A stretch of 63,193 nt of DNA, filler included, from Rhabdomonas costata (lineage: Eukaryota), in the NCBI GenBank assembly GCA_019059605.1. It is 31 parts of 31 records of this genome, joined end to end, with 100 filler letters (N's around TTAATTAATTAA, not from the genome) between each part and the next. Parts side by side here need not be neighbours in the genome. Positions count along the whole stretch, not along the records: positions 46,967 to 48,906 come from JAHMHO010007140.1; positions 49,007 to 50,947 come from JAHMHO010007141.1; positions 51,048 to 52,988 come from JAHMHO010007142.1; positions 53,089 to 55,029 come from JAHMHO010007143.1; positions 55,130 to 57,070 come from JAHMHO010007144.1; positions 57,171 to 59,111 come from JAHMHO010007145.1; positions 59,212 to 61,152 come from JAHMHO010007146.1; 24 more parts are not named here. One strand, given 5' to 3'. Made by a program: the position numbers and the translations under genes. This document shows positions 46,867 to 60,070 of this stretch, piece by piece. Position 1 is the first letter of the stretch; each line of letters opens with the position of its first letter. The notes beneath the pieces were generated by a model. That model had not been told where the DNA came from. It searched no databases and saw only the letters and a list, made by a program, of their open reading frames with translations.

Positions 46867-49448
46867 NNNNNNNNNNNNNNNNNNNNNNNNNNNNNNNNNN
46901 NNNNNNNNNNTTAATTAATTAANNNNNNNNNNNNNNNNNNNNNNNNNNNNNNNNNNNNNNNNNNNNAGGTGTCTTTGTAAGTTTACTGGCAATAATGAGA
47001 GCTGCATATTTTTTATGATTCGTGATGCCGTACAGTACTGTAACGACTGGGGTTTGGCACAAAACAAACAATCTGCAGTTTAAAAGCAACTCGAGTTGGG
47101 GAAGTTATGGAAGAACGGCACACAGAAGAGAATTTCTGAAGTGGGAAAGTGAAGAGGGCACATCGAGCCGTTTGTGGTGCCCACATTTGAGCATGAACCG
47201 ACTTAAACAGGAAGGACTATGGGGGATGGAGGAAGAGGGGAGAGTCGGAAAATGCACAAGAAAACGAGAAGATTAAGAGAGGAAATTTAACAATTGCGCG
47301 GCTGCGGAGGGCTGCGAAGATACACACAGAGGAAGGATGTCAGAAGCACCAGTCACATGGAACAAGTGACCCTGGATGGAAAATACCCCAAGGATTGAAA
47401 AGAAAAGCGTTCAAACATGGGGTCCCTTCCCCCCTCACCCCCCGATCGATATGATGTGCTTCTCTCTGACTTCACCCCGATCGTTGTCTTCCCCGTTGTT
47501 TTTGTTCGCCATCACCATTTCTATGTTGCACCAAATGACAGCACTTCAGGTCCCTTTCATTGACTGCAGCAGTTGGTTGGCGGGGGGGACTTTCAAGCAA
47601 TGTCTTGTGTTTGCCTCCCCCCACTTTGGTTTTTCTCCTTGCGCACACCTCTCCTTGTAGAGGAAACACGTGGCGTTGTTTCTTGCTTCTCTGTATCTGT
47701 GTCGTGGACCATTGGACGATGGACTTGGATTGGCGAACTTTCCACCGAGACTGTCTTATTATTTAACTAATGTAAATTTGCTTGACATGTGTTATGAGAA
47801 TTCTTATTTCTATCTTATAGATTAATCAAAAAAATGTATCAATAATCAATACAATTATACGTGTCAGTGGACTTTTTTCTCTCTCCAAGGCGGGGGTGTA
47901 CAAGCAGAGGGCATGGGATGACTGGAAGGACACCCACCCGCGTGGCTGGGGCAACAGAAAAGGGAACACGGGGTAACCCTGACCGCGAAAGCGGTTAGGC
48001 GTGGCTCCTTCCGTGAATCCGACTATCTTCCGAGACGCCTCCAAGCCTTTGCGCAGTGTGGTGGGCGAGTTCAGGTGGAACTCCATTGTATGTGAGCCGA
48101 GTGGACACTCTCTGGTGTCGGGGGCTGGAGGTCAGGTGTGCGCCGAGATTCAGTGAACCGCTGTGGTGGTGGCATTTGAGGGCACATCGCGCAAATGCAG
48201 CCGGGATTTTGTCCGCCAGTGCGGTGTGCCTTCGTGTACACGTTCAGTTCTTTGGAGCGAGGGGCGGATTGTGCTCTCTGGTTGTAATGGCTTACTTCGG
48301 TTCAGCATAAGCATCAATGATGTGTGTACAGATGATGGCATGACAGGGAAGACTCATCTCAAAATGACGCAAGGACAATTTCAAACGGCTCGGGGCAACA
48401 AGAAGTAATGGCTGCCGTGCAAGTCACCAGAAACCCTTGCTAATCTGCTTTGAGACTTCTTGAGCATTCAGTGTAAAGAAAGCGATGCAGGCAACGGGAC
48501 GTGTTTCCCTGCTCGACTTCATCCAAATCTCAAAAGCCCTGGAATCACCAATACCGCTGGAAAATAAAAAACTGCTGGGAATCACAGTCAATCGCAGCGG
48601 TGACGCAAGTTCGACCTTTTGAGCGTATGCTGAGTTCGTGCAATAGCGAAAATAATAGAATGGAATGATGTGGCGAGTGGACAGAGTTGACGGAAAGGTT
48701 TGCCTGGAATTTTTCTGGGCACATTGGTCGTTCTTGCATGCCCAAAATCAGCTCTGTTTGCTGTGTGTTTCGGGATAGAGGCTGCTGTATGGGATGGGGA
48801 GGGGGGTAAATTTTTATCACAGTTAAACTTTTAACACCTTCTAACACCAAAATTCAAACTTTTGCATGACCCTCCCTCGACTAGGACTGAAGACAAAGAG
48901 GGAGGGNNNNNNNNNNNNNNNNNNNNNNNNNNNNNNNNNNNNNNNNNNNNTTAATTAATTAANNNNNNNNNNNNNNNNNNNNNNNNNNNNNNNNNNNNNN
49001 NNNNNNTGTGGGGGTGGAGAGCTCACCCGAGCAGATCACATATCGAAAACTGGTTGATGCCACCGTACAAAAGTCCAGCTATTAGCCAGAAAAAACTTTT
49101 TCGCTTCTTTTAGGAAAGCTGGTTGCGTCATTCTGGTCAACTTATTCTTTCTTTTTCACAACGCCCTCCACGCTTTTGCATGTTTCCTCCGCAAAGATTC
49201 ATCCTTGATAAACACTTCAGAAGAAGCTGACGAAGGATGAAGTTATGGAGGTACAACAGAACCTTACAGGCATGTGCTAGTGTGGAAACGTCCAAACTCA
49301 AACATCCCAGAAAAGCAAACGTGTCCGCTCTAAATTTGCTTCCAAAGAGCCGAGATTCTCTGAACTTGAGCGATCACAAAAAAGCGCATGGATGGGCGAG
49401 CTCACGAGCAAGTCTCACAGGGAAGGGCCACAGGTCGGGGAGGAGCAC

Positions 49449-50947
49449 CGTAAGAGGCTTCCATCAGTGCCGCAAAGACCCCAACCAGCGCATTGGCGGA
49501 GAGCCAGAACAGCAGCACCAGAGAGCGGAACTTCTCAAACTCCGCCGTCCTCTCGGCCGAAACCACCTCTCCTGTCGAGGCGGCGTCGGTGGAGGGGCAT
49601 GCTGGTGCGAATGCGAGTGTTGCTCCGTTTGTCCATCCGCGCGTGATGCGTGAGAGCAGTGAGCATCCGTGCGGGGTCTGTGCCCCCCCCCCTGACTTGG
49701 AACAGTTCCTTCTTTCATCTCCGACTCTCGTTTATCTTGCCAAGGTTGCTCGCAGAACTGAAGCTGAACCCATTGTCTGTTTTCGATCGGATTGCAGATC
49801 TACTGAGTTTGTGCTGTTTTGGGGTCACTCATTTACCCTCCTGATCACCTGATCGCTGAACGCGCGCGAGGGTACCGGCGACACACAAGTACCACCATAT
49901 GCGTTTTTGGTTCCGGAAGATACTTCGGAAGGCTCCCTGCAACCCCCACAAGCAGAAGGGCTCCACCATCATAGAGCAGGGCTTGGCCAAAGGTCGAGGA
50001 GCTACGGCGAGTCCACGACCGAAGGAAGTAACCCATAAGGACAGCGGCAGAGCCACGCCCATTTCTTGCATTCCCAGCCGCTTGCTCCAAGTGCGCATGC
50101 AGCGCATGCACACAGACCCAGACAAACGCACACGTGCCTGGGGCCACCCTCATCTGATTGGTGTTGCAGAAGGCACGGAGGGGAATCAGGATGTCGTACA
50201 GGGGCTGCAGAAAGACGTAGTACGGGAGGCTCAGCACACACACCAGGCAGTCGTGGCGGGAGTGAATGAACGAGGCCACGGGGATCACCCCTGAGTCCAT
50301 ATCCGGGAGAAAAACACGTTGCAGAGTGTGAGAGCACAAAACCCTCTGTGTGGTGCCTTTGACGAGGGAGGAGTGCTGCAGTGGAAGTACACGGGAGAAG
50401 GACAAGAAAAACTTTTGAAAACGCCATGCTTCCAGTTTGTAACCAGTCCGCAGTAAAGGTGGGATAATTTGACAGGCAAAGAAAAGAAGAAATTAAAAGT
50501 GGTGCATTCCAGACCAAACCTTCGGGCACGGTCACCTGCAGCACAGTGTCCACATCCGTTGCTCGTGTCAACACACGAGAGGTGCAAACTGTGCGGTTAC
50601 TAGTTCAATACTTCTTACGGTGGAGGTAGAACGGGAAATGTCACTCTTGGCCGCACTACATCCCTCCGGAGACGCGAGCAACTTTTCGCACCAAACAATT
50701 ATCAGGCCTTTCCTCGCTGTTTTGCCCCTCCATATCATTCGCTTTTTTTTTTGTGAAAGTCACCCCTTGCATTCTTCACCAAAGCAAAACCAAGGGAAAG
50801 GAAAGGACTTTGTCAAACCCAACGCCAACCACGGCACAAAGGTATCCAGACATGCTGCAAACAAACCTGTGCAAAGCACTGTGGTGACCAGCAGGAAACT
50901 GTCGGCGCGGAGCCACAGCCAGAACAGGCTGAAACTGACCAGAGCCG
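49449..50947 (-). CDS. Chitin synthase-like (GT2) protein, C-terminal transmembrane region
   Basis: Exons 50947-50867 (ALVSFSLFWLW...VLCT), 50290-50148 (GVIPVASFIHS...SLPYYVFLQPLYDILIPLRAFCNTNQMR) and ~49601-49449 (...AEFEKFRSLVLLFWLSANALV). These parallel the fungal/oomycete ASxLH...Y...P.Y.NIL..YAFCN and F..FRS..LL.W..SN motifs. The catalytic domain is not in the contig and SWG is not intact. Confidence 0.7.
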
Positions 50948-52779
50948 NNNNNNNNNNNNNNNNNNNNNNNNNNNNNNNNNNNNNNNNNNNNTTAATTAAT
51001 TAANNNNNNNNNNNNNNNNNNNNNNNNNNNNNNNNNNNNNNNNNNNNGGGGACACCCACTAGTCACACACACACCTACGAACTGGCAGATCTATAGGACC
51101 CACAGGCCCTGTGATGGGGTACCCCCCGGTGCCCCCACAGCCTTTAATTTCAGCCCGACCTTGGTAATTATGACACGCAGCGACCCCACATCTGTGTATC
51201 TGTGTGGGGTCCCCCACAAATTCGGCCATGGGAGGAAGGCAGTTTCCTGTGAAAAGGATGGGCATATGTTTGCTTTGCTTTGCTTTGCTTTGCTGTCCAC
51301 TTCTTCTGCTTCATACGAAAAAAAAGGCTCAAACAAAACTGGTTTCCGTGGAAACGAGGTGGGAGGATGCATTCACATACAGAGCCTCGCCACTTTCCAC
51401 TTGCTTGTGCTGCACAGGGTCCGCGCAGGTCCGGCACCGGCGGCCCACAATGTACAAGTGCTGGAACTCCAGCAAAGGCCCAGCCTGTACACGGAGATGA
51501 GGAAGAGTCTCTCCGTTGAACACGAGTGGAGAAATCGGACAGTGATCTCCACCTCTGTTTCATATATTCCACAGCAACAAAAAAGGTTCCTCTGTTTCCA
51601 GGGGCAAATGGATGGCATTTAGAAACACGACAGCGCACTCACTCCGCAATACTCCCGGAAACCATTCAAATTGATGTGCTAGCGATAAGTGATGCTAAAC
51701 CGCTCTGCTTTGTGATGAAGGAAACGGACATTCCCAATAGAAGCCACGAAGACAACACACGACACATGACACATGAGTCAGCATCAAAGCAAGTACAAAC
51801 ACAAGTGGCTGGGGCAGCTACCCGCCGCTCCACTTCGTTCTTCCTCCGCTGCTTGCGGTACAGCCTGTCCTTCCTTAGCAAGTCCTTGCCTTGGTACTTA
51901 CACGAGTGCCACGTCGAAGAAGTTGCGGTCTGGTGCAGCCCGGTCCCATGGCCAGGCATTCCGCAAACAGTTCCCGAGGAGAAAAGATCAGAATAAGAAG
52001 CAACCACAGAGAGACAACTCAGCTAAACAAATTACCGCAGAAACAAAAGTGCGAGAAGAGGCATATCAAAGATATGGCGACTTACATTCAGATCCGGATG
52101 CAAATTCGCAATGATGCCTGCTTCGGTCGTTGAGAAGGTGATTTGTGGTGGGTATCCGCTAAGTGGGGCTTAAAGATGACACGGGTTTAACAGCATACTT
52201 GGGCGCACAGCACCAGAGGAAACAGTAAATCGATCAATGTCCAGTGTACAAAGTGTACAAATGTCCGGCAAAGGAGCGGAGAAGAATGGGAGGTGGAAGA
52301 ATTGAAAGAATGGAGGGTATGGAAGAGCAGAGGAAGAAAGCGCAGATGAAATAGGAGTGAGGATGCGAGAAACAACGCCACGAAACCCTGGGAGTGGGAG
52401 AAACGGGGGGCGTTTCCTGTACAAGGAGAGGTGCGCGCACGAGAGAAACCTGCAGCGTGTGTCTGGGGGTAGGCACATGGGTTGGTGGGAGGTGGGATGT
52501 GAACAGAAAACGAAGAAAAAAAGAATGGAAGCCTGTGCGTGTGCGTGCGCGCGTGCTCTGCGTGCCCGGTGGGCCCCGCGGATGAAAACTTTTATTAGCG
52601 TTTTTCGGTCCACGCAGTCGGTCAGGGAAGGGCTACACGAACGCTCCGCTTGTGAGCCACGCCCAGAGACGTAAACAAATGTGAGGAAAAGACACACAAC
52701 GGACAACACATTTCACACTACGCTTTGAGCGTTGACAGCAACACAAAAGTAGTGCAAAAACCACCACAAAACCTCCACA

Positions 52780-52988
52780 TCACTCAAGCAGTGTCTGTTC
52801 CCCGTCTAAAGCAATGCACATCTCAAAGCTCAGCGGGTTAACAAACTGCAGAACCAGAAGCCTCAGTTCCTCAGGCAAAGCTGTGGGCGCCCGAGAAGTC
52901 GTCAGCAGCAGAGAGCGTGCCCTTTCTAGAAAGGTCTTGGGATAGGTCACGTGCCTCTGGGGTTCCCACCGAATCGGTCCACCCAACC
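52780..52988 (-). CDS. C-terminal end of a hypothetical protein (W.P..H..(F/Y)P...LLL...LP.EL...IL.F tail, often seen after ankyrin or other repeat domains)
   Basis: RWEPQRHVTYPKTFLERARSLLLTTSRAPTALPEELRLLVLQFVNP...-stop. Confidence 0.45.
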
Positions 52989-53088
52989 NNNNNNNNNNNN
53001 NNNNNNNNNNNNNNNNNNNNNNNNNNNNNNNNTTAATTAATTAANNNNNNNNNNNNNNNNNNNNNNNNNNNNNNNNNNNNNNNNNNNN

Positions 53089-55029
53089 GTGGTGGGGGAA
53101 ACCGGGGAGCTGCAGTGGCTAATCACTGCAGCGGGAGGTCTCGTAGTTTCTCTGATTTCGGTATTTTGTCCGATTCTTCTCTCCTCCGGCTGGAAATGCG
53201 GCGACCCCCTCTTTCCTGTGCGGGGAATCTCGCCAATCCCTTAGCAGGGAGACCCGCAGCAACACATGTTGCCTCGAGCAGGTATGGTGACGGCACTGAA
53301 GTATCTTTCGTCACTTCGCGGTCTCAGGAACGTCTGCTGTTAGGCTCCCTTGAAGGGCGGTCCTCTTTTGTCAGCAGCAGCCAAGCCGGTCTGCGTACTT
53401 CTGCGGACCGCACTGTTGAGCCGGTCCTTGCGGAGGTCGTCTCGCAAGCATCTTTCTCGACCACGGATGCAAGGACTTCTGGTAGAATTTCGACGGCCAC
53501 AAGAAGTTTGTTACCAAGCAACGAAGTTTTGCACAGCAGAAGTCCAAACGAAAGCCCAGCGGAGTTGCGCCTTCAGGTTCTCTCGGCCTCCTCCCCGGAT
53601 CACTGTGCTGCAGGGCTACGACAGCCAAAGGCGGGTCTTGCAGAAAGTATTTCAGATACGGTGGACTCTGTGAAAGTGCGATATCGCGGGGAGGCTGGGG
53701 AACGAAATCCAATGGGACCTTCTTCGCGAGATCACACTTTGTCCAATTCCTCGATGGTGCAGAATGACCCCGAGAGGCGAACGAAAGGCCACGATCAGCA
53801 ATATGCCAAGATTCCACTCACTGTTCAAAGCCTCCACAGCACCAAGGAGAAAAACTTGACCATGAACTTCAAAATTCTGAGGTATTCTCGTGAATTACTC
53901 TTTTTTCTATACCATGCATCTGACTGCTTTTGACAGGAAATTGCAAGCCTTGACAGCCTTTTCATCTTTTCATTCCCTCAATGGTTATGCCCAGCCCTTT
54001 TATGTTGGCGCACTGCTTTTTATAGGTGGATGCTGCCTTTGCCCAACGAAGCGGATACAGAATGCTCCGGGGAGTCCTCTGAGCATGCGGAGTCCCAGGT
54101 CGCAGAGCCAGGTTTGAACCCCCCTTGGGGGTCTTTTTCCGGCATGATTTTTCGATTCGACTTGTCGCGGCGTTCGGCAGCCTAATTCACACTGAGGCAA
54201 AATGACTTCTTGCATGTGAACCTCCGAACAAAAATTTGGGATTCGCAATGCTCTCATATACGGGATCTTTGTTGTGCTAACATATGTGCACTTCAGCCGT
54301 GAAAGCGACCTCTGTTCCTATTCTTGCGTTGCCTTTTCGCGTGCTATTTCTTTACGTCCAGGCTCTGCTGCGGGACCGAACGTCGAAGTTACCGATGCCG
54401 CGTCGCTTTCAAGCATTGGCCACGACATCCGGACCCCTTTAACCACCGCCCTCACAGCCCTGCAAATTGTTCTGGAGGAGGGCTTGGCGGAGAAGGAGGA
54501 CTGCCGGGATTTGCTGCAGAAGGCATGGTCCGCCTTGCAGCATGCCCTTGTGCTGATCAACAACTTGCTCGACATGAGCAAGCTGCGCAGTGCACGGATG
54601 AGGGTAGTCCCGCAGCGGGTGAGTGCCCGCCGGCTTGCTATCGAGGTTCTTCGTATGGCCGAGGTCCAGGCAGCACAGCAGAGAACGGAGCTCCTGCTGG
54701 ACGTCACCCCCAGTGTCCCTTCCTGCGTGCTCTGTGACCGGGTGCTTCTGCAGCGGGTTCTAACGAACCTTGTCGCCAATGCCATGAAGTTCTGCCACGA
54801 CGGCAGAGTCACCATCACGGTTGACTGGAACGCTGCTCTCGCGAAACTCAACGTCACTGTGACAGACACGGGCATTGGAATGACCGAGGAGGAGCTCAGG
54901 TGTCTGTTCCAGAGGTTTTACCAGGCCGACCATGGCCGAGGTGGCACCGGATTGGGCCTCACGATCTGCCAGCAGCTGGTCTCCCAGATGGGCGGCAGCA
55001 TCACAGCCAGTAGCCCCGGCAAAGGCAAG
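53089..55029 (+). CDS. Signal-transduction histidine kinase (HisKA + HATPase_c) with Ser-rich N-terminal region, three exons, truncated by contig ends
   Basis: Exons ..53881, 54026-54111 and 54362.. splice GT-AG in phases 2 and 1. H box GHDIRTPL, LINNLLDMSKL, N box NLVANAMKF, G1 DTGIGM, F box LFQRFYQ, G2 GTGLGLTIC. Confidence 0.95.
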
Positions 55030-57605
55030 NNNNNNNNNNNNNNNNNNNNNNNNNNNNNNNNNNNNNNNNNNNNTTAATTAATTAANNNNNNNNNNNNNNN
55101 NNNNNNNNNNNNNNNNNNNNNNNNNNNNNCAACTGTACCACAAAAAACCAGCCCACGGAGAGATGGGCATGCTTCTCTCAGGAAGAAGACTGCACATTAG
55201 CCTACCTTCAAACAGCGCTGGGAGTCACCATACAGGACAGGGGCAATAAAACCCAAGAATCCTCCTGCTCTTCCCACACCTGCGGCCAGTGATGGAAGAG
55301 CAGGAGGATTCTTGGGTTTTATTGCCCCTGTCCATTTAGAAGCAGCTCCCAGAAATCTCACCTCGGCAGCGGACTTCGCTGCGAACGTTTTATAGGCTTG
55401 AAATGCTCCTGTGATGGCTTCACAGTATCGAGGACCTCAACAAACTGAAACGGAACATGGTCTCTTGCTGGGAAGCTACACAAAAAAACGAAGGCCACAT
55501 CCTGTGCTGTGGTGTTCGCTGAGCACAACGCACGCACTCAGCACTCATTAAACGTCTCAGCAAGCTGCACACCTGGCAGGAAGTCGACTGAAAATGAGCA
55601 GTGGATGTGGTCCGCTTCACAGTGACGAAAGGCATGTCGATGCTCCTGATCCATGCGTTGGACAAGCCTTTGTGTGACGCAAATGGCTCCACGTCATTCA
55701 TTCTCACAAACGCAAAGAAAACAGTCGATCTTCCAGGATCGGCAAACGGATGGAGGCGAAAACGAGCAGAAGCGATACCCTCTCCCAAGGATCCCGTAGA
55801 GCAAAGATCCGAGCAGGGGGTGTTGTGGCGCACTTGCCGCGGCCCAAGACTCCACAGACCCACAGGAACACGGCCTCTAAGAGAGTCTCCACGCCTCCTG
55901 GTTTGGGACAGATTTACATCATCGGGACAGCAACTGTACCACAAAAAACCAGCCCACGGAGAGATGGGCATGCTTCTCTCAGGAAGAAGACTGCACATTA
56001 GCCTACCTTCAAACAGCGCTGGGAGTCACCATACAGGACAGGGGCAATAAAACCCAAGAATCCTCCTGCTCTTCCCACACCTGCGGCCAGTGATGGAATT
56101 TCTTAAAGCCTCACTTAGCTTTCAGTTGCAGTCATAGTGGCAGACTGGAGCGGGAAGATCGGTGGCCCTCTTACCTTCCTGCTGCGATACCAACCTCCCC
56201 AGACATGAGGTTCTGCACGACCCAGAGGGCACCTTGGGTTGGTCACACACAGACTCATAAAAGAATGCCCCAAAGAATAACCCACCACCACCACCACCAC
56301 CCATCGCTCAGACCTGGAAGCACAACGGCGAACCTCGAGGTCGTGCCCAGCTGGGCCAGTTGATGCATTAGGGACGGGGCGCTGACCACTGCCCCTGAAG
56401 ACCCCTCCACTGCCACGCCCCTTGCGGTTTGAGGGGTGGAGACCAGGGCAGGAGGAGGAGTCACGGCCATGACCGACTCAGACCCCCCGTCTCCGCCGTG
56501 ACCTGTTGTTGGTGCACAGCAAAGATGCGATGGTAGAGAGAAACCAAACCCTCGCACACCGCATCCAAAAAAGCCCCACTTTGGTAAGAACCTTCCGCCC
56601 TGCGTCGATACCTTGCTGCCATTTTGCGGGATTTGCTGCGGGGTCCCGTTCACTTCCGGGCCTTGGTGTTTTGGGATACCGCGCTGCATTCCCCTCTTTT
56701 TGCTCCTTAATCTGCTGCACGTAAAACGCTGCACTGGTAATTTCCGGATTCCCGACCACCTTTGTGCAGACTGTGCCTACTCCAAAGGCAATGGAATCAG
56801 GACCCCCCTCCCCCTCCCCGTTGCATGTCTCCCTGTGCAGGCAAAGAATTTCCTCACCTCTCGAGCACAGACGGGTGACACAAGAGCTGCAAGACATACA
56901 TCAGTGCAGAGAACAGCATGCAGCAACAAGAAAGGGTCATGCGAGGCAAAGAACACAAGGCGGACCCTTTGCAATGGCACTGAACAGGACTCCGGCAGAG
57001 GACACCACAACCCCGAACTCCGCTGCAGCCATCTCGCGCCCGAAGGCCTCTGCTTCGGCCCCCACCCCCCNNNNNNNNNNNNNNNNNNNNNNNNNNNNNN
57101 NNNNNNNNNNNNNNTTAATTAATTAANNNNNNNNNNNNNNNNNNNNNNNNNNNNNNNNNNNNNNNNNNNNGTGGTGGTGGGGAGTCGAGATGTGGAAAGT
57201 GGTCCACAAACCACAAGTAAGAAAGTGGAATTGTGCGCGGAGCAGGGAAAGGGACGGGGAACGGGGGTAACCGCTTGCAGTGGGCTTTCGTCCACTGATA
57301 ACATCGTGATTCAGAAGAGTGTTCAACCAGGCAACAGCTTGGCAAGGGCTTTTCAGGTGGAGGCGCGAAATTAAAATCAGATCCGAAAAATGGCAACAAA
57401 GAGGAAAGGAAACATCAAACTTCATCCCAGCATCAGACCAATTTTGTGCAACTCCAAGATCCCCAAACCCGAAATATACAAACAGCAGAAACAGCGGGAT
57501 CTTGTGGTGGCCCGAAAGGTGTGAGAAACAACCGTGCCTGGGTTGCCCCGGTTCACCTCCATAATAAAAATATTTCGACTCAAATGCTGAAAAAGAGGAG
57601 TAGAC

Positions 57606-59111
57606 CTTCTGCCGCTTGCTCATGTAGCGATCAACCACTTGAGCTGCCACGACTCCCCCAACGATGTACGACAAGGTGGAGGCGAATGACATCAGCCCCA
57701 CGAAGGTGTCGCTAAAGTGGGTGTGTGGGGTCTGCGACATGATCAGGTCCCACAGCGAGGTCCACGCCACAAACCCACCGCTACTCCAGGCGTAGGTGTA
57801 GCACAGCAGCCGGAACGACGAGTGGCGGGCAAGCCGCCGGATATCCAGCTGTGCGCGACAAGCATCCACACTGACATCGATAAACACCCTTCACAGTGGT
57901 TTGGGTTTAAAGGTTGTCACTGTTACCTGATCTGACTGGCACCGAAATCAGCCCGAAACGATGGACATGTTCACAAATATATACACACAGCCCAATATAT
58001 ACGCACACCGACGGTGAAGCTCAAAGCACATTCAGTAATGCCTTTTCCCCCTATTTTCGTCACAATTACATGTACTCCACCAGAAAAATAACTGAAGTCA
58101 CCGAGAGAGAATTTAAAAAGGCGTATTTGGAATCTTTTCTGACGAGCAAAACGCCGGCCATGCCACCATCTGAGCGAGAGCACAGCAGGAGGAGCGGAAG
58201 CCGGGAGCCGGGACACCTTCGCCTCGGTCATCGGGGTCACCGAGACCTTGGAGTGGTGCGACGAAGCTCGGTCGCAGGCCATCTGCACTATCGAGTCGTC
58301 ATCCACCGCGGCCGTGATTGCGGTCGCCGCCGCGGAGGGAGGGGTGGGGGGGCGCACTGGGAACCACATCACGGACAGCATGGCAACCACTGCCAAGAAA
58401 AGTTGCCCGAAGAACCACGAGGAGAACCCGAAGGTCTTCACCACAGCGGGACCTCGAGGCGAAAGGATCGAAGTGAACCTCATCATTAATCGCAATCGGA
58501 AGGCCACACAATTGATTGAGCTCCTCGTTTAACATAGTCAGATGAACCGTTAATGATCAATTAGAGAACAAAAAGTAGCCGCACCAGCAAACGGCACACG
58601 AGCAGGATATCCATAGCGCATTCCAGAAGACTGGCACCAATTACGTCCAAAGAACCTCTCAAAGACCATGCAGTAGGGACACATTTCTGTTTCCAGCGCT
58701 TTCTTTTTACCACCCTCAGACTTGTGTTGATTTTTCACCGCCTTCTATATGGGCTTTTTATTTCGCATATCTCACCCATTACCCTCCCGCTTTGAGGTTA
58801 GTGGTTTCATCGTCATTCCAATGAACGAACGTGGGCAAACTCTGAAGCTTCAAAAAAACGCCCATGAAATCAGCATCGAGCAGGAAAAAAAGCGAGAGAC
58901 TTCCTGTTATTGGCAAACCTCCCCCCTCACTTCATCCCCAATTCCGCCCCAATTCTGCTTGCCCGTGAAAGCAAAAAGGGTGGGGTACCCAAGAGGTACG
59001 CCAGGGCGTTGCCCAGGTTGTTCGACAGCACCCCCACTGCCGTGGCCCGGGTGGACTCGGAGTGAGGGAACCAAATCGCGGAGAGCAGCGACGGCGGCGC
59101 CACCACCCCCC
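57606..59111 (-). CDS. MFS transporter of the SLC49 (FLVCR/DIRC2-like) family, internal exons
   Basis: PPSLLSAIWFPHSESTRATAVGVLSNNLGNALAYLL; VMWFPVRPPTPPSAAA; LARHSSFRLLCYTYAWSSGGFVAWTSLWD...GGVVAAQVVDRY. The WFP..E...AT and FP..PPTPPS motifs are typical of SLC49. Confidence 0.85.
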
Positions 59112-60070
59112 NNNNNNNNNNNNNNNNNNNNNNNNNNNNNNNNNNNNNNNNNNNNTTAATTAATTAANNNNNNNNNNNNNNNNNNNNNNNNNNNNNNNNN
59201 NNNNNNNNNNNTGTTGGGAACCGTCTGTGGCTGCCTTTGCCTTGCGTTGGTCGCTATTAGCGGTGTTAAGGACGGCAAGGAAACCGAAGACGCGGAAAAG
59301 CAGGTTCAACAAAACTCGAACGAAGACGGGGGGAAAACTTTTGGAAGGGGGAAAACAGGCCAGAGATATCGAAGCTCTGCGGATGAAAAGCATTTCTCCC
59401 CGTTAGGGCCGTTAGGTGGTCGGAGAAGCACACCTCCGTCCGAGCAGGGGGCGAGGCTAACGGCACTGGAAAGGGAGGTATCACGAGGGAGGATATGAGA
59501 AGTTGTTACGTGACAACAGCTATAAAAGGGATCTTTTGAGTAGTTTTGAATCAAAACAGGTGCCCCGAAGGGCGGAGGCCTGGTCGGAAAGACGGCATAT
59601 GATGATGAGGGCATCACTGTGTGTTGGCATGAAGTGTTCTCCAGGTGAGGGCAGAGGCGTTGGTGCTGCAAAGTGGCATTTTCAGAGGTGGAACTCTGCG
59701 ATGTGCCGGTTCATGGGTACCTGCAACAATTTTTGCGCGAACAGTTGCAAACTGAGCCCACCGTTGTTTTCTCAAATTTAATCCATCGGAAGGCATCCGC
59801 GTTCCAGCAAACGAGAAGCCACCTTCGGGCATTCCACCAATTTCCGTCGTTAATATCTCCAGCACTGGTGAACTGGAACCTCACCATCACAGCCAAACTA
59901 CGAGAAACAGTACACAGGATGCACAAGCATTTCGATCCTGACATGCACAAAGACACAAACTCAAACAAACGCCCGCCCAGCGAGCACCGGCATGGCGGCA
60001 GAAAGACGCGAATGGAATGGACAGGAAAAAGACGCCACAGGAGAAGGTACAGTGCCGGCATTAGAGCACA

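Noticed and set aside
55130-56096. ~165-bp direct repeat (55130-55295 and 55930-56096) resembling LTRs
   Set aside because: The first copy starts at the contig edge and ends in a fold-back. There are no TG...CA ends, primer-binding site or internal retroelement coding, so a chimera or misassembly is more likely.
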